Source of the DNA: a virus
Lineage: Duplodnaviria > Caudoviricetes
Length of the DNA stretch: 24,802 nt
IMG/VR virus record: IMGVR_UViG_3300030099_005986
Span: 1 to 24,802 of that record
Reading direction: 5' to 3' (one strand)
Positions 12,601-21,400 of the stretch are shown one piece after another (position 1 is the first letter of the stretch; each line of letters begins with the position of its first letter). A program made the translations under genes and the position numbers. Under the pieces are notes generated by a model. That model was not told where the DNA came from and ran no database searches. It worked only from the letters and a program-made list of their open reading frames with translations.

Positions 12601-13809
12601 AGGATTGTAAAACAAATATTAGGTGCTGATTTAATTGAAACTGATATTTACACTGGAATAGGTGTTGACGAAACAAATAATAAACCAGTTAGATGGGAAA
12701 AGCAAAAAGTTGACATAGTATTAAATGGTGAAGTTGTCAATAAGACTAGATCATCTATTGAACCTCAAATATACCCAACTGCAAAGATAATAGGTGATTT
12801 ATCAGTTACAAGTGGTAAGGGAACAGGTGCAAATGATGGTATATTTGTAGATGATGCAACATCATTCCATTATGAAAAAGAAAGATACAGTCAATCAGGT
12901 GATGGAAAAGTTGATGCTTTGATTTCTTCAGGTAACATTGGTGTTGGTGCAGCTGTAACCGCTACAGTTTCTGGACTTGGTTCGATTACTGCACTAACAA
13001 TCGGAACTGCTGGTTCAGGATACTCTGGGAATGTTTCTATTAAGTTTGCTGCACCAGTTGGTGTTGGAACAACTGCTACTGCTACTGCTGTGGTAACTAA
13101 CGGATCAGTCACATCTACAACTATTACAAATGCTGGTACTGGTTACACATTCACAAATCCACCACAAACAATAATAGAAGAACCATCTTTCCAAACTGAA
13201 AAAATTAATACTATTGAAAATGTGGAAGGTTTTACAGGTATTATCACAGGTATTCAACAAACAACTAGATCAGGTGGTGGTCCAGCACTTAAATTCTTCT
13301 TTAATGCGGTCACACAAAATTCTAATGGTGTATTAGCAAATGCTGAAGCTAATAAATTAAAAGTTGGTTATCCAATATTAGTTACAGGAACTAAAGTAGG
13401 TAATGGTTTAACATCTATTAATGGAGTTAATGCATCAGTTGTTGGTGTTGGAACTACATTTTTGGATAACATTTATATTGTTAGATCAGTGCCTTCTACA
13501 AATAGTTCATTAGGAGAAATTATCTGTGATGTTCATACAAATAGTGCATCATCTATATCAGGTATAAACACAGTTGGTTTCCACTCAACTGGACAATCTG
13601 GATTAACAGTTCCACTAGGAAGAATTGATTGGGGTAGATTATATGGTGCAAGTTTAGAACGTTCTGCAAACCCAATATCAATCGGTGTAACAGGATTAAC
13701 AGTCGATGCTGGACTCTCAACCTTCCCAACTATTCAACGTAAAAATCATGTTAACACTTCAGTTAGGGGTTTAAGATCAACTGGTGCAATTAGAGTATTT
13801 GGACTTTGA
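637..13809 (+). CDS. gp7: Giant baseplate wedge initiator gp7-like protein (4390 aa), multidomain
   Basis: Lies between gp6 and gp8. N-terminal QLPEFI...EFFKQYY, FYQSKGVEESIRILFKVLYG and the internal DNDYYQNLSYSVKS...LVHPAG motifs are typical of cyanomyovirus gp7. Many beta-rich Gly/Thr/Ser repeats. Confidence 0.85.
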   Translation: MSQFDKRIKVNTIIENQLPEFILADFPNAVEFFKQYYISQEFQGGTSDLINNLDQYLKVDNLVPEVVVGVTTISSDISSTDTVINVPSTKGFPKEYGLIKIDDEIITYTGITTNTFTGCIRGFSGVTGFNVGISSSLLDVNKESLKFESTSASAHTANTSATNLSVLFIQEFYNKLKKTFLPGLERNDFTEKLDVGNFVKFARSFYQSKGVEESIRILFKVLYGVEAKILDLENNLIKPSSSEFIRREVVVAELVSTGDPQNLVGQTIFKSNDLNTSASISEIEIFSRDSKSYYKLSLFVGFNDRDLIQGIFTIPGKTKSLFNSPISADIISVDSTVGFGTTGTIISGSNTIDYTSKTINQFFGCTGINVGINTADDIRSNETIFGYENGDLSKRVDLRITGVLSELVPESNINLINEGENLFVKNVGEKIDNNNANYKEIFANSWKYNTSSRFQVEGQGPYKLKTPIDKSSLKVGDKFDILKRNEQVIIGSFNVKSIDTTLNTIDVENQNLFVPFQSNENYDIRRVIEKATSSGIEIEAGNETLISDVLNIYTDSNIDGYVASNSLPSYDITANITEESFIGAGNTNRFDGQNPLNNLYNFIRFTPPANTDIKLIQGDAVVYQPDGEEIVGLSSGRIYYVDPQPESAGSQISRIALYNSRSQIGSASTIQVGIGSTTVGSHNFILQRHANRKLNSDKILRRIPLSQNLFVSSNHDKTFNDIGILIDGVQIHSPVSDDNIFFGPLDDVELLNSGEEYDIINPPKISIESSSGVTALVEPILSGSVKEIFVDPQEFDIQEIINLSLTGGNGNGCLLEPVLGARFRDISFDSRDIFFNGGIDKDDETITFKTQHNLENGQKVFYRNEGNPSIGIGVAYDSSNTITGTLSDGDPYFVRVVNPTTVRIFNTKSDSLQGIAGINTVGLATDTAASGIHKFRTESKNTLLKIRVINGGSGYQHRKLRVDPAGISTSFDTINYVNHGFSHGDIVEYSPTVGLGSTTPKAIQGLSTTTSYYVMKVDDNSFRLSDAGIGATVSSNFNRGKFVGLGSTGTGYQTFTYPEIKVNVEVSYGSTVTGTINFTPIVRGEFTGAYLYEKGSNYGSTILNHQVQPNISIENGKDAELRAVISNGKIEDVIVTNQGSQYNSLPDIVVSTTGAGVGAIIRPVISNGSLVDTVVINSGIGYDSLTTEVRAIETGKNGLFGARVRSLTVNTTQRFGDINLTSREKSLTFAVSGYSQASALNLEETFDLKPNGEFDKITDHSPIIGWAYDGNPIYGPFGYSDPDDINSTLKIISSSYKKDLANVINRPSGFDDGFFVNDFTFDGSGDLDIHNGRFCKTPEFPNGIYAYFATVGLSTSTNKIEGIYPYFIGNTYRSPLINDNLILNHDFDFNESNLIRNTKPYNVGEEFADNDFIVESNEFIRQISNVEAVTKGGITDLQILDNGSGYRVGDLTSFDHTDTEGSGFSAEVSEIVGIGISNIETSLTRFNNTIFTWNNSNEVQANYLPFIELNNEDSVFISGLSTSIIGLTDSFKIGISTDTVSLGKSMTVGNLNGLVQDIFVNKIPSTVSIGGSIRIGVGNSTETLKVLNIYNTNKVLRVFRNTGVAHTFGSDVDILNNRFTIPLKVNKFESKVNDIVYFNGVESIGVGTDGVGYTTSYVIGETITQISIPERAIYLPNHPFVTGQKVTLSRPNIANAEFDVSPNNSAVGSFELPFSGQTSTDVFVIKKDENYIGIVTTRAGVANTSDGLFFLGNGINSGIGSDLYNFTTQYEQVTGDVDRVTTTVTTKVAAANTTTHNLQNGDVIKMNVVPNLSVGIGTTNPISVRYNSEFEKLIINPITFDASDVETNRLDIVNHGFETGDKVLYEGNATGLSTGLYYVYKVSDRRIELGETLTDVTSNSIQTVAITANSGGANQSIAPINPKITVIKNQKLTFGLSSTTLADFDFKLFYDNEFTNEYLSSQDSPNFNVVGVGTIGIGTSPDRPIVGAALTVQYSESSPDKLYYGLSKGGFISTSDTDVKNYSEISFIDSVYNGEYTISGVTSETFNISPNVPELFRYSELDCDKLEYSTKSKNVVGAIKEFRIISSGFNYKKLPIFNTVVSNSGLGANIKALSDDVGKIKKVRIVDIGYDYSSDKTLSPEAFVPPIVNIDNLDVVNEVEIIRGGSNYSSAPNLLLFNPVSNTLIDDSSLQAIAPNQTVSDVKVIAPINGLDSVNHKIVAINNSNGVGINSVIQAPFPNAGIITCFIETPTNGFVTEPFAIGDKVFVEGLIRIGEAGIGATQGGITTNTSITGDGFNSENHNYEFFDVVDYIAGTPSQLIFSIAGFTTNPGIAKTFQSGYATLINQKIYPDIRPIQQRGKFELNEKIIVDNQKTDLIVVELRDDYVKLDGVFRIKKGDRIRGTLSGVSAEILSIVDNKAKFKIDFSNRQEYGWLDDTGKLSEDYQVVPDNDYYQNLSYSVKSPIVWDDFVNPVNRLVHPAGLKNFADTSIQNNAEVKIGTGSTSLSTIILDVLNENNRVDAINNFDYVKDFDVLSNKSKNLQFTTKVLTDFTRCISNRVLIHDDISSEFSSVGFSANDSVIETITADVGNYLIQIVDPDTSDTQFSEVVVLTDEDDIVLFEKTTDFTTLKLGDLKTEITTGGDKNLLFEPTEKFTKDHNIKILKIDFNTDLVGINTNTIGSVKQTGSNIGVTSGTTSSIIEFSKNDFNSLYANIYVEDSVTKDVNYNEVVVDFDGTDTSISQIYVDKNLSNSQSVVGIITAKFENNLIKLQVENNLNNALEVRSNIIGLGTTTSGIGTYRFSVPDQPPGAERSVRLESGYATGTASTITYTTLNKLIDSTSKSLVRVSCGETSAVHQIISIRDADDILTVQYPFVSMGSTTGIGTFGGEIVGNDINLRFYPDSEFTSLIEVQSFNQIFYTENDFDNTPPKLSHGTVSQEVFLTTYDGLEGRRANKTKFDLKFDGTPIYSKTFNPNSGILSTSTGIFTIPNHFFNTNEELTYTFDSTFIGIAATALSIGSTANTAGVVTTILPTTVFAKVIDENQFQLFSRPEYVATGAAITFTGIGTGNAHKLTMNKQLTKTIIGLDGVVQQPITFTSIAHTLDTNISTTDSQFVLSGIGSIQPSDVLRVNDEFMKVEQVGFSSLPTGIINDAEDVAAGIATLPVVKVQRGVLGVSASTHSANDNARVHRGSFNIVDSSVHFIEPPKGNTRSRRTDTNLPFVKADFSGRTFLRSDYTTNMLFDDVSDNFTGIGKTYSLTVGGANTSSGIGVGNGVLFINGIFQTPLTTNNEGHNYEFISDTTAGVSTVQFTGITSENGQFIVSESDINQNQVPRGGLIVSLGSTPGLGYAPLVGAKASLFKNSSGAITSVVGIATTSGVNYGISTAAYDNITGIITVTTDKVHGFALNRPNTVQLKGLEFRCPKTVVGQPTNATYDGVTGISTITIANHGLVNGDAVILDTGSICFTCTKDGNNSTHCYPRATDPAANQYLSVSNVTTNTFQVNVGASNPGDIYAHTFVSATATAVKTIGGGGYVGVTTTIFQDHDRPLFLVGIVSERTFEVQAGASTIPHTYQGGGHAFEFFADNTFGSGYRGGTVAIGVTDQAYVHRFVSSGIGSIRKGSFAASGANAFTATDADYESHSGLLKLTIPSHGLTTSDTVGIDTGGLVFKCSKDGFFGNHPYPRGLSITSNPSGDPIAGIQTAIREVTTNTITIFVGQGGGGGTGANITATVGVGGTLAFNIVSAGTSYVNPRLIIPEPTYENLPVEGISRLGIGATTDTGSNLLLNVEVGASRTSVGIGSTLFEINKFSIARPGHSFKIGDKFRPVGLVTASHLSAPIQEFELEVIEIFRDKFSAWQFGEIDFIDSISNLQDGQKVRFPLFFNGQILSFEKDLSNATSQLIDLDAVLLIFINGVLQKPKESYQFEGGSTFTFTEPPDSGDKVDIFFYKGQDGVDVLIKDVQEFVKIGDEFRVLKNEEIGITTSQQSDRIVKQILGADLIETDIYTGIGVDETNNKPVRWEKQKVDIVLNGEVVNKTRSSIEPQIYPTAKIIGDLSVTSGKGTGANDGIFVDDATSFHYEKERYSQSGDGKVDALISSGNIGVGAAVTATVSGLGSITALTIGTAGSGYSGNVSIKFAAPVGVGTTATATAVVTNGSVTSTTITNAGTGYTFTNPPQTIIEEPSFQTEKINTIENVEGFTGIITGIQQTTRSGGGPALKFFFNAVTQNSNGVLANAEANKLKVGYPILVTGTKVGNGLTSINGVNASVVGVGTTFLDNIYIVRSVPSTNSSLGEIICDVHTNSASSISGINTVGFHSTGQSGLTVPLGRIDWGRLYGASLERSANPISIGVTGLTVDAGLSTFPTIQRKNHVNTSVRGLRSTGAIRVFGL

Positions 13810-13821
13810 TTGATGAACCAC

Positions 13822-13829
13822 TATAAATA
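13822..13829 (+). promoter_or_regulatory. T4-type late promoter (gp55 sigma) for gp8
   Basis: Perfect TATAAATA in the 40-nt intergenic gap, 20 nt before ATG 13850. Confidence 0.85.
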
Positions 13830-13849
13830 AAAAGAAAAGTTAAGATTCG

Positions 13850-15451
13850 ATGCCAGCAATTGTTACTGATCAGTTTAGAATCCTGAACGCAAATAATTTT
13901 GTAGAATCAGTCGAAAATACAAATAATTCTTACTATGTTTTTATAGGACTATCTAATCCAACAGGAGCACCCACTCTAACTGGTTATGGTAGAACATCAG
14001 ATTGGAATACTAGTAGTAAAACACCCGCACCAGTAGATAGTTTTTCATATCGTGCTCATTCTGGTGATACCATGATGTTTGGTAAGAAAATATCATCTGC
14101 AAACATAAGGAGAATAATAAGAAGAGTAGATTGGACATCAGGATCAAGATATGAAATTTATAGAGATGATTACAGTGCAACTAATCAAAGTCCACTAACA
14201 CAAGCTAATCGTTTATATGACGCAAATTATTATGTCTTAAATTCAGATTTTAAAGTGTATGTATGCATTGATAATGGTTCCTCTGGAACAAATCCTCTAG
14301 GAAATATTTCTCAGGATGAACCAACATTTACAGATTTAGAACCATCAAAGGCAGGTAATAGTGGTGATGGTTATGTTTGGAAATACTTATTTACTGTTTC
14401 ACCAAGTGATATTATTAAATTTGACTCAACAGAATTCATAACTGTTCCTAATAATTGGTCTACTTCAACTGATTCACAAATAAGAGCAGTACGAGAAAAT
14501 GGAAACTCTGATGTTAACTTAAATCAAATTAAACATGTTTACATTGAAAATGAGGGAACAGGATACGCCAATGGATTAGCTCAAGAAGTTGATATATTGG
14601 GAGATGGGACTGGAGCAAAAGCAAGGGTTGATGTTGTAAATGGTAAAATTACAGATGTGACAGTAAGTTCTGGAGGTAAAGGTTATACTTATGGTTTAGT
14701 GGATCTAGGAACACTTAATAGTAATGTAAGTGCAACAGGTAGAGCAAAGTTAATCCCAATTATTCCACCAGGATTGGGACATGGATCAGATGTCTATTCA
14801 GAATTAGGAACTGATAAAGTTATCATTTATGCAAGATTTGATGACTCAACTAAAGATTTTCCTGTAGATACTAAATTTGCACAGGTTGGAATCGTTAAAA
14901 ATCCAACAAAAGTTGGAACTGATAATGTATATACTGATAATACTTTTTCATCATTGCAAGCTTTCAAGTTTTCTACTATTAGTAATACAACTACACCTGT
15001 AGTTGGTGAAGAAATAACTCAAGTATTAACAGTTTCTCCAAACGTTGGTAAAGTAGCAACTGGTTTTGTTGCATCTTATGATAAAGAGACAAAAGTAATG
15101 AAATACTTTAGAGATCGCTCCTTACATTTTAACAAATCATCTTATGACCATACAGATTATACTGGTATTTCTACAATAGGTAGAATATATCAATTTGAAT
15201 CATCAAACACTGCAAATGATATTGAAGGAAAAACATCTGGTTTTTCTGGATCAATTGATTTATCCTTTAATAAAGGAACTGATAATCCAACTGGCAATAA
15301 ATTAATTAATTTAGGTGTTAATTTCAATGCAGGGTTATCTGAATCTGAGATAAATAAAGGGTCAGGTGATATTGTCTACCTAGACAATCGACCTCAAATT
15401 GTGAGAAACTCTCGTCAAAAGGAAGACATTAAAATCATACTCGAATTCTAA
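13850..15451 (+). CDS. gp8: Baseplate wedge subunit gp8 (533 aa)
   Basis: RRVDWTSG..Y..Y, YYVLNSDFKVYVCIDN, GDGYVWKYLFTV and the C-terminal GDIVYLDNRPQIVRNSRQKEDIKIILEF match gp8. Follows gp7. Confidence 0.9.
   Translation: MPAIVTDQFRILNANNFVESVENTNNSYYVFIGLSNPTGAPTLTGYGRTSDWNTSSKTPAPVDSFSYRAHSGDTMMFGKKISSANIRRIIRRVDWTSGSRYEIYRDDYSATNQSPLTQANRLYDANYYVLNSDFKVYVCIDNGSSGTNPLGNISQDEPTFTDLEPSKAGNSGDGYVWKYLFTVSPSDIIKFDSTEFITVPNNWSTSTDSQIRAVRENGNSDVNLNQIKHVYIENEGTGYANGLAQEVDILGDGTGAKARVDVVNGKITDVTVSSGGKGYTYGLVDLGTLNSNVSATGRAKLIPIIPPGLGHGSDVYSELGTDKVIIYARFDDSTKDFPVDTKFAQVGIVKNPTKVGTDNVYTDNTFSSLQAFKFSTISNTTTPVVGEEITQVLTVSPNVGKVATGFVASYDKETKVMKYFRDRSLHFNKSSYDHTDYTGISTIGRIYQFESSNTANDIEGKTSGFSGSIDLSFNKGTDNPTGNKLINLGVNFNAGLSESEINKGSGDIVYLDNRPQIVRNSRQKEDIKIILEF
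15349..15356 (+). promoter_or_regulatory. Probable late promoter (gATAAATA) inside the gp8 3' end, serving the VrlC-like gene
   Basis: ATAAATA at 15350-15356, about 100 nt upstream of ATG 15454. Confidence 0.55.
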
Positions 15452-15453
15452 CA

Positions 15454-18400
15454 ATGCCACAAAAGACAAATTTAAATATAAACCCTTATTATGATGATTT
15501 TGATAGGGATAAAAATTTCTATAAAATTTTATTTCGACCTGGTAATCCAGTTCAAGCAAGAGAACTAACTGGTTTACAATCTATATTGCAAAACCAAGTT
15601 GAATCATTTGGTAAGCATATCTTTAAAGAAGGTTCTATGGTGATACCTGGTGGTATTGAATATGATCCTTCTTATTTTTCACTTAAAATAAATTCAGCAC
15701 ACTTAGGCATTGATGTGTCAGTTTATTTAAATGAAATCATCGCTAATAATAATGGCAAAGGAACAAGAGTTAGAGGACAGAGTTCAGGTATTGTTGCAAC
15801 AATAAAGAATTTTATATTACCACCTGCAGAGGGTGTTGATGAAATCACAATTTTTATAAAATATAACCAATCAGGAACAAATTCTGAGAGTGTTGCTTTT
15901 CCAAACGGAGAAGTTCTAATACTTGAAGAGTCTTTAACTTATGGCAATACAACCCTTAATGTTAATGAGACCATATTAACATTAGTTTCTGAACAAGCAG
16001 CAGCTACTGGTTCAGCGTTTGGTGTTAGTAAGGGTGTATACTTTATGAGAGGTGTCTTTGTAGATGTCCCCACATCATTGATAGTGCTTGAACCATATTC
16101 CAATACACCATCTTATAGAATTGGATTTGAAATAATAGAAGAGGTTATAAACGCTAGTGATGATGATTCATTATATGATAACGCAAAAGGATTTACAAAC
16201 TTTGCTGCACCAGGTGCTGATAGATTTAGAATAAGAGTTAACTTAGCTAAAAAATCTCTGCAAGATAATAATGATACAAATTTTGTTGAGTTATTTAGAG
16301 TAAGAGATGGTGAAACTAAAAAATTACAGGATACAACAGTATATTCCGAAATAAAAAAATATTTTGCTGCAAGGACATTTGATGAGTCTGGTAACTACGC
16401 TGTAGAACCATTTCGTGTTAATACACAAAATTCATTAAATGATGAAATAAGTTCAAGAGGATTATATACATCAGATCAATTAACTGATAAGGGAAACACA
16501 CCTTCTGATAATTTAATGTGCGTTAAATTATCACCAGGTAAAGCTTATGTAAGGGGATTTGATGTTTATTTACCAGGTACAACTGTTCTTGATGTAGAAA
16601 AACCTAGAGATATAAAACAAATAGGAGCATCATCCATCTCATTTAGTATGGGTAGTTTGTTAAAGGTGAATAATGTATTTGGATCTCCATATATTAGTCT
16701 TGGTGGATCAAATAATAATACAATTGATTTATATAACCAAAAAGGAAATCAAGGTGGTGTTGAAGTTCATAGAGGAATAAAAATAGGTCAAGCAAGAGTG
16801 TATTCATATGGAGTGTCTGATGCTCCATATTCTGGTGATTCAACTGAATTTGATTTACATCTATATGATGTCCAAACATTTACTACATTAAATGTAACAA
16901 AGGATACTCAAATTTCCATAGGATCAAGAGTAAGAGGTTTAAGAAGTGGAGCAACAGGTTTTGTATTTGAAAAACCAAATTCTTTTGAGATATCATTAAC
17001 TGAAACAACAGGTACATTTATTGAGGGTGAACAGTTAATTATAGATGAATCACCATCTACATCTCCAACTTCTATTAAAAACATACATGCATATACTATT
17101 GATGATATAAAATCTGTATATCAAACTAAAAAGATAACATCGTTATCATCAAATTTCAGTGCCGACTCAGTTCTTTATGATCGAGTGCTACCTAATTTTT
17201 CTTTAACAGATAATCTTTCGGTGTTGGGCGGATCAGGAAATTTAAATACTGCGACTGTTGCAAATCGTAGATTTAGTGGAAAGGTTGGCATAAAAACTGA
17301 TACTATTATTGCATATATTCATGGAACTTTTGCAGATCCTGTTTATAACCGTGTGTCTTCTATCTCTGGTGATGGACAGACAATAGGTTTATCAACAACT
17401 CCTACGGTTGCTGGAGTTAATAACGGTACTGTTTTATCAGCAGGTATATCAACTAACTCTACATTTAGAATTAAAGTTCCAAGAATAACTAACTTAGGAG
17501 ACACAGGTTTATTTACAAAATTACCTAAAAAAAATATATCACAAATTAATACATCAAACTCAAATCTAATTATATCTCGTCAATTACCAAATCAAGTTAT
17601 CAATAATGATGGAGGCACCCCTGCTCTTGGAAATATTACATTAACATCACAAGCAGGTATAGCAGCAACCACAGGTATTACAAGTGCCTTCTTTGAACCA
17701 TTTGATGCAGAAAAATATTCAATTCATTATAGTGATGGTACAACAGAACCTCTAACATCAGATCAAGTAGAACTTACAAATGGTAATAATGATATTGTTT
17801 TTAGTGGATTATCTAAAAATAGTGGTAATGCTACTGTAAATGTTACACTTAAAAAAATTGGAATTACCAGTAAACCAAAATTATTTAAGAGAAGTCAACA
17901 ACTGGAGATAACAAGAAGCACAGGTATATCGACTGCCACAAGTGATCTTTTGCTTGATTTTAGATATGGTTTAAGAGTTGAAGATGAGGAAATATCCTTG
18001 AATACACCAGATGTTGTTAACATAGTTGCAATATATGAATCAAAAAATAAAAATACTCCTGTATTAGATGTATTAACATTTGTAAGTGGATTAAGTTTAG
18101 ATACTAATGCAATTGTTGGTGAAAAAATTAAAGGTCAAGATAGTCGTGCAGTTGGACAAATTGTATCCAGAACTACAAACACTATTAGTTTTGTATATCT
18201 GAACGCAAATAAATTTATAATAGGTGAGCAGGTTAAATTTGAGGAATCATCAATACAATCCATACTTCAAAATGTAACATCAGGTAATTATGTTGATAGA
18301 ACAACGAATTACACTTTAGATAAAGGACATACTCTCCAATACTGTAATTTCTCAAAGATTGTTAGAAAACAAAATTCTCCAATTCCATCCAAAAAATTAT

Positions 18401-21400
18401 TAATTATCTTTGATAAGTATGAGGTTACAGCAGGTGCAAGTGGTGATGTATTCTCAGTAAATTCTTATACATCTGATAGATTCAGTAAAGATATTCCTCA
18501 AATTGGAAGAAATAGAGCATCTGATGTAATAGATTTTAGACCTAGAGTTCAAGATTATGATGCATCAACAGCTACAGGTTCGCCATTTGCATTTAATAAT
18601 CGCTTATTCACCACTGAAAACTCATTTATTATAACTCCAAATGAAAGTTCACTATTAGGATTTGATTTTTACCTTCCTAGAATTGATAAATTGGTCATTA
18701 ATCGGTTTGAAGAGGTTAAATTAATTAAAGGTGAATCAGCGGAACAACCATCACCACCAACTGAACTTGGTGACTCAATGGAAATTGCTGAAATAAATTT
18801 ACCTCCTTACCTTTATAATACTGATACTCAACCATCTATAAAGATGAGAGATAATCGTAGATTTACGATGAGAGATATTGCTGCTCTTGAAAAAAGAATT
18901 ATTAATCTTGAAACTGTTACAACATTAAACGCTCTTGAACTTGATACAAAAACACTTCAGGTAAGAGATTCTGCTGGATTGGATAGATTCAAGACAGGTT
19001 TTGCTGTTAATAACTTTAAAGATAGGAGATTCATAGACTTTAATCCAGAGGGTGGATCAAAATGTGACGTTGATACTTTCCACCGTGAATTAATATCTGC
19101 AGTTGATTTCTGGTCTATGAGAGCTGAAATAGCACTTAATCCTGCGATTGATGTAGCAACATCTGATTTGAATGCTAATTTACAATTATTGGATACTAAC
19201 TGCCAAAAAACTGGTGATGTAATTACATTGGCATATGATGAAGTAGATTGGATTGATCAACCTCAAGCGACAAATGTAGAAAATGTTAATCCCTTTAATG
19301 TATTAGTATTCATGGGTAACATTACTATGGATCCTCCATCAGACAATTGGGCAAGAACTATTTACATTGACAATAAGAGAGTTGAATCTACAGGTGCAAG
19401 GTGGGTGGAACAAACAAATCTAGTTTCTAGAACTACTACGACTGATGTAGATTTTCAACAAACTGAAGATTTTAATATAACTACAACTACAAGAACCACA
19501 CGGACTGAAAGAAGTTTTACAAATGTCTTAGAAGGACCATCAAAAGAATTTGATTTCATTGAAGATGTAAAAGTAACAGCAGAAGCAGATCCATATATGA
19601 GATCAAGAAATGTTTATTTTGCATCTAATGGACTTAAACCATTTACAAAACATTTTAGTTATATGGACAATGGAGCAATTGATATCATACCTAAAATTGT
19701 TGAAATTAGTATGACTGCGGGATCATTTATTATTTTTGAGAACGCAAAAATACTTCTTAATGGAGATCAGATTGGTTATATAAGAATTCAAAGACCTAAT
19801 CAAAAATACGGGGACACAACTAGACCTGATATAGGTGCAGGATTAGGATCACCAGCAGTTACAGTTGAAGAGTATCAGGTTGATCCATATGATAGAAGTA
19901 GACCAGCACCATCAACAACATATTCAGCGACTTCACAGTTATTAAACATCGATGTTAGAGGTTTAGGAACTCTTGAAGAATATTTTGGATATGTTGTTAA
20001 GGGTGCACAAATAGTTGGAGAAACTAGTGGTGCTATTGCAACGGTAACAAATGTTGATTTAATCTCAGACAATTGGGGTGATGTTGTAGGAGCATTTTTC
20101 TTCAGAGATCCAAATACAACACCAGAACCACCTAGAGTCTTCAGATCAGGCACTATGACCTTCAGAGTGACTGCAGCTGCAGAAGGTGTGATTCCAGTAC
20201 CTGGTCAAACTGCGTTCGCTAGTGAGTCTCAGGGAACCTTTACAGGCACTGGTACTATTGTTACTCAGAATACATCTACTGTTGCTTTAAGAGTTCCACC
20301 ACCACCAGCAGCTAGACCAAATGAGGTAACTATACAGGTCAATACAACAAGAAGAGAAGATGAAAGATTCAGAGAGTCTGGACATCATGATCCTTTAGCA
20401 CAGTCTTTCAGGTGTGATGAAACTGGTGCTTTCTTAACTTCTTTTGATGTATTCTTTGCATCAAAGGATCCACAGGCAAAATTATTTGTACAGATAAGAA
20501 GTGTTGAACTCGGTACACCTACTAATTTCATAGTTCAGGATTATGGTGAGGTAATATTAAACCCATCTCAAATAAATGTATCTGATGATGCATCAGTTCC
20601 TACTACTATTAGATTTAGATCTCCAATTTACTTAGAACCTGGTAAAGAATATGCTCTAGTATTCTTAGCACCTTCATCTGATAAGTATGAAATGTGGACT
20701 GCAACAATGGGAGAGAAAACAGTTGGTACAACAACATTACCTGATGTAGAAAATGTAGTTGTATCTAAACAATATATTGGTGGTAGTTTGTTTAAATCAC
20801 AAAATGGTACTATTTGGACTGCGAGTCAGTATCAAGATTTGAAGTTTAAGTTGCGTAAAGCATCTTTTGTACGTTCAGGAACAGCAACATTCTATAATAC
20901 TCCTATCGAAGCAGGTAATCTTAATACACAACTTATACCTAATAATGCACTTCGTTCATTACCTAGAAAATTAAAGGTTCAGATTGAGGGTTCTGGTACA
21001 AGAACAAATGCTGTGTTCCCAATAGGTAGAAAAGTAAGCACAGGTTCTGTTGCTGGTGGAGATGATAATAATATTACTGGTTTTGTTGAAGGTCAAGGTG
21101 CACCAATTGATACTAATGGATCTACAGGATTTGATATTGTGGCTGGTGGAACTGGTTATTCATTTACTAATACTAATAACATTCCGTTAAAATCAGAAAG
21201 TGGATCGGGTGAAAATGCTCAATGCTCAGTAACTGTTACAAATGGAGTTATAACAAGTATATCTAACTTAACTGTGGGAATAGGTTATCAAGTTGGTGAA
21301 GTTTTAACAATAGACAATAGTGATGTAAAAGTAAAAGGTGGACAAGGATTTAAGTTAGTCGTAACTGCTATTAACACTACATTTGACACTTTATTCCTTA

